From positions 16,442-48,441 of the forward strand of contig DVLG01000071.1 in the NCBI GenBank assembly GCA_018715625.1: 32,000 bases of DNA, read 5' to 3'. A program made the translations under genes and the position numbers. The notes under the pieces were generated by a model that was not told the DNA's origin, searched no databases, and saw nothing but the letters and a program-made list of their open reading frames with translations. Source of the DNA: Candidatus Scatovivens faecipullorum (GTDB lineage: Bacteria; Bacillota; Clostridia; TANB77; CAG-508). This document shows, piece by piece, positions 1 to 8,599 of this stretch; positions within the stretch are counted from its first letter, which is position 1; every line of letters starts with the position of its first letter.

Positions 1-2371
1 CAAATCCGAATAGATACTCATTGCTTCCTGTTTGTTCAAAATTTCTAATTTGTTCACCTATATATTTAAAACCTGTTAAAACCTCTATGAAGTCTATTTT
101 ATATTCTTTAGCTATTGCTATTGCTAAATTTGAAGAAACTATTGTTGATACTAATGCACCATTTTTTGGCAACATCTTTTTAGCCTTTTTCTGTGATAAG
201 ATATATTCTGCAATTAATAGTCCAGACATATTACCTGTAAATGGCATATATTCTCCTGTTTTACTATCTTTTGCAAGAACTCCTAATCTATCTGCATCAG
301 GATCTGTTGCTAAAACTATATCAGCATTTTCTTTTTTAGCAAGTTTTAATGCTAAATCAAAAGCTTTCAAATCTTCTGGATTTGGATAATCAACTGTTGG
401 AAAACTTCCATTTGGTAATTCTTGTTCTGGAACAACATAAACATTTGAAAATCCTAAATCTTCTAATACTGTTTGTACTGGTATATTACCTGTTCCATGT
501 AATGGAGTATAAACAATTTTTAAATCTTTTTCTACTTCTTTTATAACTTCTGGATTTAATACTTGTTTTTTTATTGCTTTTAAATATAATTTATCCATTG
601 CTTTTCCAATTACATTATATAATCTTAATTTTTTAGCTTCTTCTAATGTAATTGATCTTATTAATGAATAATCTTTTACTTTATTAACTTCAGCAATGAT
701 TTCCTTATCATGTGGAGCAACTATTTGTGCACCATCATCCCAATATACTTTATAGCCATTATATTCTGGTGGATTATGACTTGCTGTAATCATAATTCCT
801 GCAGTACATCCTAATTCTCTTACTGCAAATGACAATTCTGGAACTGGTCTTAATGATTCAAATATATATGTTTTTATTCCATTTGCATTTAAACAAAGTG
901 CTGTTGCCTGACTAAATTCTGGTGACATATTTCTTGAATCATACGCAATTACAACACCTTTAGCTTCTGTTGCTTGTCTTAAAATGTAGTTTGCTAAACC
1001 TTGAGTTGCCTTTGTAACAGTATAAACATTCATTCTGTTTGTACCATTACCTATAACGCCTCTCATTCCCGCTGTTCCAAATTCTAAGTCTTTGTAAAAT
1101 CTATCTTTTATTTCTTCTTCATTTCCTGCGATAGTTAATAATTCTTTTCTTGTTTCTTCATCAAATAATGGATTTGTTGACCAATCTTTATATTTCTTAG
1201 TATATTCCACTTTATTCATATAGTCTTTATATAATTTTCTTGCTGTTTCTGGACTATCTTGTCCTACAGCATTTTTTATAGGAGCAAATTCTTCTTCTCT
1301 TTTTACTCTTAGAACAACTACATCATCAAATAATTCGTAAGAATCGAATATGAACATTTCAAATTTATATGCATTAGGTTCTGTTCCTTCAATTAATTTA
1401 CCATTTTCATCTAAATATTTTGCTTTTTTTACTGCTGTATGGTAAGGAAGTTTCATTTCGCTAACTTTTTCTAACCCTTTTATATTATATAAATGGAAAA
1501 TAGCATTTGCATCACCATAAACAAGTGATCTATCATCATCTCTTAAATTTGCCATTTCTTCAGATATTTCTGTATATTCAATAACTCCAACTTTTTTATT
1601 CTTTCTACAGAAAACACCTACCTTTTCTTTAGGGTCTGTTTTTGCTATTGATTTAACTGCACCTAAAACTTTATTGTGTATAGACATTCCTATTAATAAT
1701 GGATCTACTGGTTTTACTAATACATTATCAACACCATTAATAAATACCCATTCAATACCATTTTGTTTCATTTCATCTATTATATGATTTTTTTCCATTG
1801 ATTGTAATGTTCCACCATGTCCATTAGCAGCTTTTTTTACCATTCCATTTTCTTCAAGTAAAATTTTACCTGTTAATGAAACCATTGGTAATTCACCTTG
1901 TTTAAAAAATCTAATAGCTTCTTTTGGATATCCGAAATAATTATGTTCTTCAAAAAAAGCAACTGTTGCATCATTATTTTCTCTACTAGTCATTATATAC
2001 CAAGGAATTACTGTATCATATTTTCTCCATGCATCTTTAATTGTATCGCATAAAGCCTCAAAAATAGATTTATTTGTTTCTGTATCAAAAATAAATGTTC
2101 CTTTTGGTCCTTTATGTCCTAATCTTGTTCCTTGTCCTCCAGCCATAGTAACAACAGCAAATTTATTATATTTTATTGCTTCTATACCTTTCTTTTCATA
2201 CATCTCACGTTCTGCAACTGTTAATTTTGATTTGTCTACATGCTCTATTGGCTCTATTGTAACTTTTCCCAAATCTACTGGTTTTCTTGCCTTTTCATAA
2301 AGTTCTTCCATTAAATCAAAATCAATATCTTTTATTTGATTTAATAACTCTTTTTTCTGTTCATCATTCAT
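1..2371 (-). CDS. Fused UDP-sugar pyrophosphorylase (UDPGP/UAP family) and phosphohexomutase (PGM/PMM family); 3'-partial, runs off the window start; 2371 is the first in-frame ATG, the native start appears to be the out-of-frame ATG at 2450
   Basis: Manual reverse translation of one open frame. The N-terminal part reads EHLLLKYDEMNDEQKKELL ... FAVVTMAGGQGTRLGHKGPKGTF (2117-2146) ... NGHGG ... EFAPIKNAVGQDSPETARKLYKDY. It continues without a stop into MNKVEYTKKYKDW ... FYKDLEFGTAGMRG ... ITASHNPPEYNGYKV (TASHNP at 770-787) ... ATDPDADR. The supplied track lists no minus-strand ORF with a stop in 1-2641, consistent with a single frame leaving the window. Confidence 0.8.
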   Translation of the reverse strand, partial: MNDEQKKELLNQIKDIDFDLMEELYEKARKPVDLGKVTIEPIEHVDKSKLTVAEREMYEKKGIEAIKYNKFAVVTMAGGQGTRLGHKGPKGTFIFDTETNKSIFEALCDTIKDAWRKYDTVIPWYIMTSRENNDATVAFFEEHNYFGYPKEAIRFFKQGELPMVSLTGKILLEENGMVKKAANGHGGTLQSMEKNHIIDEMKQNGIEWVFINGVDNVLVKPVDPLLIGMSIHNKVLGAVKSIAKTDPKEKVGVFCRKNKKVGVIEYTEISEEMANLRDDDRSLVYGDANAIFHLYNIKGLEKVSEMKLPYHTAVKKAKYLDENGKLIEGTEPNAYKFEMFIFDSYELFDDVVVLRVKREEEFAPIKNAVGQDSPETARKLYKDYMNKVEYTKKYKDWSTNPLFDEETRKELLTIAGNEEEIKDRFYKDLEFGTAGMRGVIGNGTNRMNVYTVTKATQGLANYILRQATEAKGVVIAYDSRNMSPEFSQATALCLNANGIKTYIFESLRPVPELSFAVRELGCTAGIMITASHNPPEYNGYKVYWDDGAQIVAPHDKEIIAEVNKVKDYSLIRSITLEEAKKLRLYNVIGKAMDKLYLKAIKKQVLNPEVIKEVEKDLKIVYTPLHGTGNIPVQTVLEDLGFSNVYVVPEQELPNGSFPTVDYPNPEDLKAFDLALKLAKKENADIVLATDPDADRLGVLAKDSKTGEYMPFTGNMSGLLIAEYILSQKKAKKMLPKNGALVSTIVSSNLAIAIAKEYKIDFIEVLTGFKYIGEQIRNFEQTGSNEYLFGF

Positions 2372-2375
2372 TTCG

Positions 2376-2450
2376 TCATATTTTAAAAGTAAATGCTCTT
2401 GTCCGTATTTTTTTAGTACTTTTTTTATACTATCTAGTTCTTCTTCCATT
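2376..2450 (-). other. Orphaned native 5' end of the UDPGP-mutase gene: SD plus ATG and 17 authentic codons, then out of frame (24-aa dead-end ORF)
   Basis: aaaggagtaaaacataATG at 2450. It translates MEEELDSIKKVLKKYGQ and then RAFTFKI-stop. Removing one A from ggacaaagag (T-run 2399-2401 on plus) would give YGQEHLLLKY, matching the conserved GQEHLL N-terminus of UAP/UDPGP enzymes. Confidence 0.7.
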
Positions 2451-2499
2451 ATGTTTTACTCCTTTCTATTCTTCGAGTCATTTTTAACTTGGATATATA

Positions 2500-2526
2500 T
2501 TATATCATTTTTAGTTTTTAGTCAAC
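2500..2526 (-). promoter_or_regulatory. Putative sigma-A promoter of the UDPGP-mutase gene (TTGACT, 15 nt, TGaTATAAT)
   Basis: The minus strand reads ttgact aaaaactaaaaatga tataat. The -10 is at 2500-2505 and the -35 at 2521-2526. The spacer is short but there is an extended -10 TG. Confidence 0.35.
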
Positions 2527-2641
2527 AACAGGTTTTATTAAACTATATTATTGCTTTTTTTGCTCATTTATCAAGCATTTCTTAGTTTTTGAAAATTTTA
2601 AATAGATATTGACAAACTAAAATTCATATCGACATGCTATT

Positions 2642-3118
2642 CTATAATTGTGATTTTATTGTTTTTCTTTCTTGTGCATTTTGTGAATTTTTAATGATTT
2701 CAAATTTTCCAGTTGTATTAAGTATTCCAGAATATTTTTCACAAATTGCTCTTAAATTTTTTATTCCCTCTATGTTATAACAATTTATTATTTCATAAAA
2801 ATTACTATTTTTGTCAATACTATCATTTATCTTATTTATAAAATCCTCTCCTCCTATAACTATTGCAATATCTTTGTTTATAAATTCTTCGCTAATTTCT
2901 TTTTTACATTTTTTCCAGCTAAGATTTAATATTTTTTCTGATTCTCCTTCAAAAACTTTTACTTGTTTTAAATATTTTTTTACATCTGAAGAAATATCTT
3001 TTTGAGAAAATACTATAAGCTCTTTTTTTGCTTTTATTTTTTCATCTATATATGGCATTAATACTGTTAATAAGTGATTCTCACTTACATAAAAATTACA
3101 AAATTTTTGATTACTCAT
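2642..3118 (-). CDS. Hypothetical protein (158 aa from the second Met)
   Basis: ORF 2642-3142. GGAGGTG lies just upstream of the ATG at 3118 (MSNQKFCNFYVSENHLL...). No family recognised. Confidence 0.6.
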   Translation of the reverse strand: MSNQKFCNFYVSENHLLTVLMPYIDEKIKAKKELIVFSQKDISSDVKKYLKQVKVFEGESEKILNLSWKKCKKEISEEFINKDIAIVIGGEDFINKINDSIDKNSNFYEIINCYNIEGIKNLRAICEKYSGILNTTGKFEIIKNSQNAQERKTIKSQL

Positions 3119-3309
3119 ATATCCGCACCTCCATATATTCAAACCTTTCTGATTGTATCATGTTGAATATCAAATATCAATTTAATTCGTACTTGCTTTT
3201 TCGACACATATCCAATTTTGGTATAAATTATTTTTTTTGCATATTTTTATAATTTTAGTAAATACTTAGATTATTAAAATATTTTTATTTTAGAAAGGAA
3301 TTAAAAAGA

Positions 3310-3921
3310 ATGAAAAAAATAAAATATTTTTGTATTTTGTCAATATTATTATTTAGTTTTGTATTTATAACAATTTCATCTTATGCTATTTCTGTTTCAA
3401 CTGATTTATCTAACAATTTTTTTAGACTCCATATTTTAGCAAATAGCGATTCTGAAGAAGATCAAGCTTTAAAATTAAAAGTAAGAGATAATATTATTGA
3501 ATATATGGAAACATTAACTTATGATGGATTATCTAAAGAAGAAGTAGTAACTCTTACACAAAATCATTTAGATGATTTTAAGAAAATTGCTGAAGAAACT
3601 ATAAAAAAAGAAGGTTTTGATTATAAAGTGTCTCTTAAAATCGATAACTTTTATTTTCCAACTAAAGTATATGGAAATATTTCTCTTCCTGCAGGATACT
3701 ATGATGGTTTAAAAATAGAAATTGGTGAAGCCAAAGGTCAAAATTGGTGGTGTTCACTTTTTCCACCTCTATGCTTCGTTGATATTTCTTCTGGGGTAAT
3801 AGATGAAGAAACCGAAAAAAATCTAAAAAATAACCTTTCTGAAGAAGATTTTGCAATTATAACAAGTGATTCAGAAACAGTAAAATTAAAATTTAAAATA
3901 GTAGAAATGTTTTCAAAATAA
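3310..3921 (+). CDS. spoIIR: Stage II sporulation protein R
   Basis: N-terminal signal/TM segment. Motifs FRLHILANSDSEEDQALKLKVRD, FPTKVYGNISLPAGYY and GQNWWCSLFPPLCFVD match the SpoIIR family signature. Confidence 0.92.
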   Translation: MKKIKYFCILSILLFSFVFITISSYAISVSTDLSNNFFRLHILANSDSEEDQALKLKVRDNIIEYMETLTYDGLSKEEVVTLTQNHLDDFKKIAEETIKKEGFDYKVSLKIDNFYFPTKVYGNISLPAGYYDGLKIEIGEAKGQNWWCSLFPPLCFVDISSGVIDEETEKNLKNNLSEEDFAIITSDSETVKLKFKIVEMFSK

Positions 3922-4043
3922 AATATATAGATTTACCCTTTATATTTGTAAAAAATATATTGTAAATCTTGTATTTTTATGATATATTTTCTAATGAGTA
4001 TTTTTATGCTCATAAATAAAACAAAATATTGGGGGTATATTTT

Positions 4044-5306
4044 TTGGAAAAATTAGTTATTACTGGAAAAACTCCTTTAAAAGGGGAAGTAGTAATAAGT
4101 GGCGCAAAAAATGCCGCTGTTGCAATAATACCAGCAACTTTATTAATAAATGGGACTTGTACAATAGAAAACTTACCAAATATTAGTGATGTAAGATTAT
4201 ATTGTGATATATTAAAAGAAATCGGAGCAAAAATAACTTGGAATACTCCAAATGAAATTACGGTTGATACAAGAGAAATAGATTATAAACAAATACCTAT
4301 AGAAATTACTAGAAAATTTAGAGCATCTTATTATCTTTTAGGAGCATTACTTGGAAGAACAAAAAATGCTAAAATCGGTACACCTGGTGGATGCAATTTG
4401 GGAGCAAGACCTATAGACCAGCACATTAAAAGTTTTGAAGCCTTAGGCGCTACTGTTGATGTTTCTAATGGAAATATAACAGCAAAAGCAAAAAAATTAA
4501 AAGGAACTTCTATTTATATGGATGTTGTATCTGTTGGTGCAACAATTAATGCTATGCTTGCTGCTGTTTTAGCAGAAGGAACAACTGTAATAGACAATGC
4601 TGCTAAAGAACCTCATATTGTTGATGTCGCAAACTTTTTAAATACAATGGGAGCTGATATTAGAGGAGCCGGTACAGATATAATAAAAGTAAATGGTGTT
4701 AAAGAATTAAAAGGAAATGCTACATATTCTGTAGTTCCAGATCAAATAGAAGCTGGTACTTTTATGCTTGCCGCAATAGCGTCAAAAGGTGATATAACAA
4801 TAAAAAATTGTATTACAAAGCACTTAGAATCAATAATTGCAAAAGTAATTGAAATTGGTGGTAATGTTGATGCAAATGGAGATCATTTAAGAGTTTGGTA
4901 TTCCAAAAGAACTCACAAGGCAAACATAAAAACATTACCATATCCAGGTTTTCCAACAGACTTACAACCTCAAATGGGTGTAGTTCTTGCTTTATCAGAA
5001 GGTACAAGCATTATAAATGAAAGCATTTGGGAATCTAGATTTCAGTATACTGCAGAGTTAAATAAAATGGGAGCTAAAATAACAGCACAAGGTAAGACAG
5101 CTATTTTTGAAGGTGTAAATGAGCTTACAGCTGCTCCTGTTTATGCAACAGATCTAAGAGCTGGTGCAGCTCTTATAATTGCTGGTATTGTAGCTAAAGG
5201 AAAAACTGAAATTTATAACTTAAATCATATTGATCGTGGTTATGAAAATATAGAGGAAAAATTCAGAAAATTAGGTGCTAAGATAGAAAGAGTAAATGAA
5301 GAATAA
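4044..5306 (+). CDS. murA: UDP-N-acetylglucosamine 1-carboxyvinyltransferase
   Basis: (M)EKLVITGKTPLKGEVVISGAKNAAVAIIPATLL, GGCNLGARPIDQH and LRAGAALIIAG are typical MurA motifs. I prefer the TTG at 4044, 7 nt after GGGGGT, over the track start at 4029. Confidence 0.9.
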   Translation: MEKLVITGKTPLKGEVVISGAKNAAVAIIPATLLINGTCTIENLPNISDVRLYCDILKEIGAKITWNTPNEITVDTREIDYKQIPIEITRKFRASYYLLGALLGRTKNAKIGTPGGCNLGARPIDQHIKSFEALGATVDVSNGNITAKAKKLKGTSIYMDVVSVGATINAMLAAVLAEGTTVIDNAAKEPHIVDVANFLNTMGADIRGAGTDIIKVNGVKELKGNATYSVVPDQIEAGTFMLAAIASKGDITIKNCITKHLESIIAKVIEIGGNVDANGDHLRVWYSKRTHKANIKTLPYPGFPTDLQPQMGVVLALSEGTSIINESIWESRFQYTAELNKMGAKITAQGKTAIFEGVNELTAAPVYATDLRAGAALIIAGIVAKGKTEIYNLNHIDRGYENIEEKFRKLGAKIERVNEE

Positions 5307-5327
5307 TAAAAAGCAGAGGATAAAAAT

Positions 5328-6116
5328 ATGTTAAAATTTTGTAGTTTGTATAGTGGTAGTTCAGGAAATTGCTTATTTGTCAGTACAAATAATACAAAAG
5401 TTTTAATTGATTGTGGAACAAGCTGTAAAAAAATCTGTGATGGCCTAGCATCAATTAATTCATCTATTGAAGATATTGATGCTATTTTAGTTACTCACGA
5501 ACATTCAGACCATGTACAAAGTTTAGGAATGGTATCAAAAAAATTTGATATACCTGTATATGCAAATATTGATACTTGGAATGCAATGGAAAAACAAAAA
5601 GAAAAAATATCATCAGAAAATATCAAAATTTTTGAAAATGATAAAGACTTTATTTTAAATGATTTAACAATACATCCTTTTTCTACGCCTCATGATGCTG
5701 CAAATCCTTGTGGCTTCAATATACATAATGGAAAGAGAAAATTAAGTATAGCAACTGATTTAGGTCACATGAATAATGATATTTTCAATCAATTAGAAAA
5801 AAGTTCTTTTATACTTCTGGAATCTAATTATGATCCTGAAGTATTAAAAACATCTAAATATCCATACTATTTAAAACAACGAATTGCTGGACTTAACGGA
5901 CACTTATCAAATGAAACTGCTGGAAAAACAATTTCCGCATTAATGAAAAAAGATTTAAAAGGTGTAATGCTTGGACATTTAAGCAAAGAAAGTAATTTTC
6001 CAGAACTTGCTTATCAAACAGTTGTTGAACAACTTATAAGTGATAATGCAGATGTTAATACAATAAATTTGAGTGTGGCTTCAAGGGATACCCCTGGACA
6101 AGTAATTACAGTTTAA
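5328..6116 (+). CDS. MBL-fold metallo-hydrolase (YycJ/WalJ-like)
   Basis: LYSGSSGNCLFV...VLIDCG and VTHEHSDH (the HxHxDH metallo-beta-lactamase motif). Length 262 aa. SD GAGGA upstream. Confidence 0.8.
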   Translation: MLKFCSLYSGSSGNCLFVSTNNTKVLIDCGTSCKKICDGLASINSSIEDIDAILVTHEHSDHVQSLGMVSKKFDIPVYANIDTWNAMEKQKEKISSENIKIFENDKDFILNDLTIHPFSTPHDAANPCGFNIHNGKRKLSIATDLGHMNNDIFNQLEKSSFILLESNYDPEVLKTSKYPYYLKQRIAGLNGHLSNETAGKTISALMKKDLKGVMLGHLSKESNFPELAYQTVVEQLISDNADVNTINLSVASRDTPGQVITV

Positions 6117-6219
6117 TTTGTAATTTTCTTTTTAATTTTATAGAAATAATTTTTACAATAATTTTTTTGATACTAAAAAAAGACAGAATAAATATTGAAA
6201 TTGAAAACAAAAAATTCAT
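6106..6219 (-). CDS. Candidate 37-aa small membrane peptide (type I toxin-like); below the ORF-track size cut-off
   Basis: The minus strand reads taggaggttttATG. Translation is MNFLFSISIFILSFFSIKKIIVKIISIKLKRKLQIKL-stop, a hydrophobic N-terminal half with a Lys-rich tail. Its stop overlaps the last codons of the convergent MBL-fold gene. A possible promoter has TTGACT at 6273-6268 and TGtTATCAT with -10 at 6249-6244. AT-rich DNA yields such peptides by chance, so confidence is low. Confidence 0.25.
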   Translation of the reverse strand: MNFLFSISIFILSFFSIKKIIVKIISIKLKRKLQIKL

Positions 6220-6271
6220 AAAACCTCCTACATAAGTAGGACTATGATAACATGTTAATATTGTAAAAGTC

Positions 6272-6304
6272 AATAAGAAGCATTAAAATGCTTCTTATTT
6301 TTTA
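6272..6304. terminator. Intrinsic terminator hairpin between the convergent murA/MBL operon and tex
   Basis: aataagaagcat-taaa-atgcttcttatt forms a 12-bp perfect stem. It is followed by a T-run on the plus strand; the U-tract on the minus strand is weaker. Confidence 0.6.
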
Positions 6305-6373
6305 TTCATATTACTAATCTATTTTTTATCTTATAAATTTATTATACTATATTTTGTTTATCTTTCTTAATAT

Positions 6374-8527
6374 TTAAACTTTCATACTTAAACTTACTTT
6401 TTGCTTTTCTCTATCTATACCTATAACTTTTACTTTTATAATATCTCCTACAGAAACTATTTCAGATGGATTTTTAATAAACTTATCTGACATTTCAGAA
6501 ATATGAACTAATCCATCATGTTTTACTCCAATATCTACAAAAGCTCCAAAATCTATTACATTTCTAACTGTTCCAGTAAGTTCCATGCCTTCTTGTAAAT
6601 CTTCAAATTTTAATACATCGCTTCTTAATATTGGTTTTGGCATTTCTTCTCTTGGATCTCTACCTGGTTTTGAAAGTTCCTCTATTATATCTTTTAATGT
6701 AAGTTCTCCCACTCCTAATTCTTTAGAAACTTTTGAAATATTCACTTTTGATAAATCATTTTTTAAATTCTCTAATTTTTCTTTTTGAGTTAAAGAATCC
6801 ACAGAATATCCCAAAATTGTTAATAACTTTTCTGCAGCTTCGTAACTTTCTGGGTGAACCGCTGTTACTTCTAAAGGATTCTTTCCATTAAATATACGTA
6901 TAAATCCTGCACATTGTTTAAAAGCTGCCTGTCCTAATTTTGGTACTTTTAGTAGCTCTTTTCTAGTTTTTAATTCACCATTTTCATCTCTATATTTAAC
7001 AATATTCTTAGCTACAGTTTCATTTATTCCTGAAACATACGATAAAAGTGATGGTGTAGCAGTATTTACATCAACACCTACTGAATTTACAGCATCTTCT
7101 ACAACTCCTGTTAGACTTTCTGATAATTTTTTTTGATTTACATCATGTTGATATTGTCCAACACCAATAGCTTTTGGATCTATTTTTACAAGCTCAGAAA
7201 GAGGATCTTGAAGCCTTCTTGCTATTGAAATAGCACCTCTTAAAGATACATTTATATCAGGATATTCTTCTGTTGCAAGTTTTGAAGCAGAATAAACAGA
7301 TGCTCCTGCTTCACTTACTATTGCATAATACAAATTACCTGAAATTTCTTTTATCATATCTGATACAAATTTTTCAGACTCACGAGAAGCTGTTCCATTA
7401 CCGATAGCAATCATATTTACATCATATTTTAAAATCAATGCTTTTAAAGTATTTTTAGCTCCTTCAACATCATTTTGTGGTTCAGTTGGATAAACTGTTG
7501 TAGTTGCTAAAAGCTTACCTGTTTTATCAATAACAGCAATTTTACAACCAGTTCTATATGCAGGATCAAATCCCATTACTGTCATACCTTTAATTGGTGG
7601 TTGTAATAATAATTGTTTTGCATTTTTTCCAAATACTTTTATTGCTTTTTCTTCAGAACGTTCTGTTAAATCATTTCTAATTTCTCTTTCAATAGATGGC
7701 TCTATTAATCTTTTATAAGAATCTTCTATTACCTTTGATAATGGTTCGTAATACAAACTTTTATAGTCTTTTATTATTTGTTTTTTTAGATATTCTAAAA
7801 TCTTTTCATCTGGTTTTTCAATTTTTACTTTTAAAAATTCTTCTTTTTCACCTCTATTAATTGCCAAAATTCTATGACTTGGAATCCTTAATATTCCTTC
7901 TTTAAAATCATAATACATTTCATAAGGTGATTTTTCATCTTCCTTAATTGATTTACTTGTAATAATCGCTTCTCTGAAACAAAAAGACTTTATTTTCTTT
8001 CTGTAATCTGCATTATCTGCTATATTTTCTGCAATTATATCTAATGCACCTTGTATAGCATCATCCTCTGTTTCTACACCTTTTTCTTTATTTATATATT
8101 CTTTTGCAATTTCATATAAATCTCTCTTTTCTGCTTGAAGATATATAATATTTGCGAGTGGCTCTAATCCTTTCTCTTTTGCAATTGTTGCTCTTGTTCT
8201 TTTTTTAGGTCTATATGGCCTATAAATATCTTCAAGTTCAGAAAGTACCATTGTACTTGCAATTTTTACAGTAAGTTCATCTGTAAGCTTTCCTTGCTCA
8301 TCTATAAGTCTTATAATTTCTTCTTTTCTCGCTTCCAAATTTCTTAAATATGTAAGTCTTTCACCAAGATTTCTTAAAGTTTCATCACTTAAATTTCCTG
8401 TAACCTCTTTTCTATAACGAGCAATAAAAGGTATTGTATTTCCTTCATCTATAAGTTTTACAGCTGCCTCCACTTGATTTTCTCTAATATTTAATTCTTC
8501 TGCAATCTTTTTGTAAATGTTATTCAT
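6374..8527 (-). CDS. tex: Tex-like transcription accessory protein with C-terminal S1 RNA-binding domain
   Basis: 717 aa. Motifs ENQVEAAVKLIDEGNTIPFIARYRKE, a YqgF/RuvC-like region GFDPAYRTGCK, HhH motifs, and the C-terminal S1 domain GTVRNVIDFGAFVDIG...GLVHISE. Confidence 0.92.
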   Translation of the reverse strand: MNNIYKKIAEELNIRENQVEAAVKLIDEGNTIPFIARYRKEVTGNLSDETLRNLGERLTYLRNLEARKEEIIRLIDEQGKLTDELTVKIASTMVLSELEDIYRPYRPKKRTRATIAKEKGLEPLANIIYLQAEKRDLYEIAKEYINKEKGVETEDDAIQGALDIIAENIADNADYRKKIKSFCFREAIITSKSIKEDEKSPYEMYYDFKEGILRIPSHRILAINRGEKEEFLKVKIEKPDEKILEYLKKQIIKDYKSLYYEPLSKVIEDSYKRLIEPSIEREIRNDLTERSEEKAIKVFGKNAKQLLLQPPIKGMTVMGFDPAYRTGCKIAVIDKTGKLLATTTVYPTEPQNDVEGAKNTLKALILKYDVNMIAIGNGTASRESEKFVSDMIKEISGNLYYAIVSEAGASVYSASKLATEEYPDINVSLRGAISIARRLQDPLSELVKIDPKAIGVGQYQHDVNQKKLSESLTGVVEDAVNSVGVDVNTATPSLLSYVSGINETVAKNIVKYRDENGELKTRKELLKVPKLGQAAFKQCAGFIRIFNGKNPLEVTAVHPESYEAAEKLLTILGYSVDSLTQKEKLENLKNDLSKVNISKVSKELGVGELTLKDIIEELSKPGRDPREEMPKPILRSDVLKFEDLQEGMELTGTVRNVIDFGAFVDIGVKHDGLVHISEMSDKFIKNPSEIVSVGDIIKVKVIGIDREKQKVSLSMKV

Positions 8528-8599
8528 TAATCTGCCTCTTCTTTCTTAAACTTTTTAATCTTGTCTGATTTTATATTTTAAATTTTTGACTGTCAAGTA

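Noticed and set aside
21-546. Plus-strand track ORFs 21-389 and 349-546 (also 2287-2487)
   Set aside because: They lie antisense to the strongly supported UDPGP-mutase frame. They have no SD and a low-complexity F/L/I/S composition typical of shadow frames in AT-rich DNA.
3238-3275. TGCATA (3238-3243) upstream of spoIIR as a possible sigma-F -35 element
   Set aside because: The expected GG-containing -10 (GGnnAnAnT) is not present at the proper spacing; the sequence is agtaaatact. I cannot support a forespore promoter call from sequence alone.
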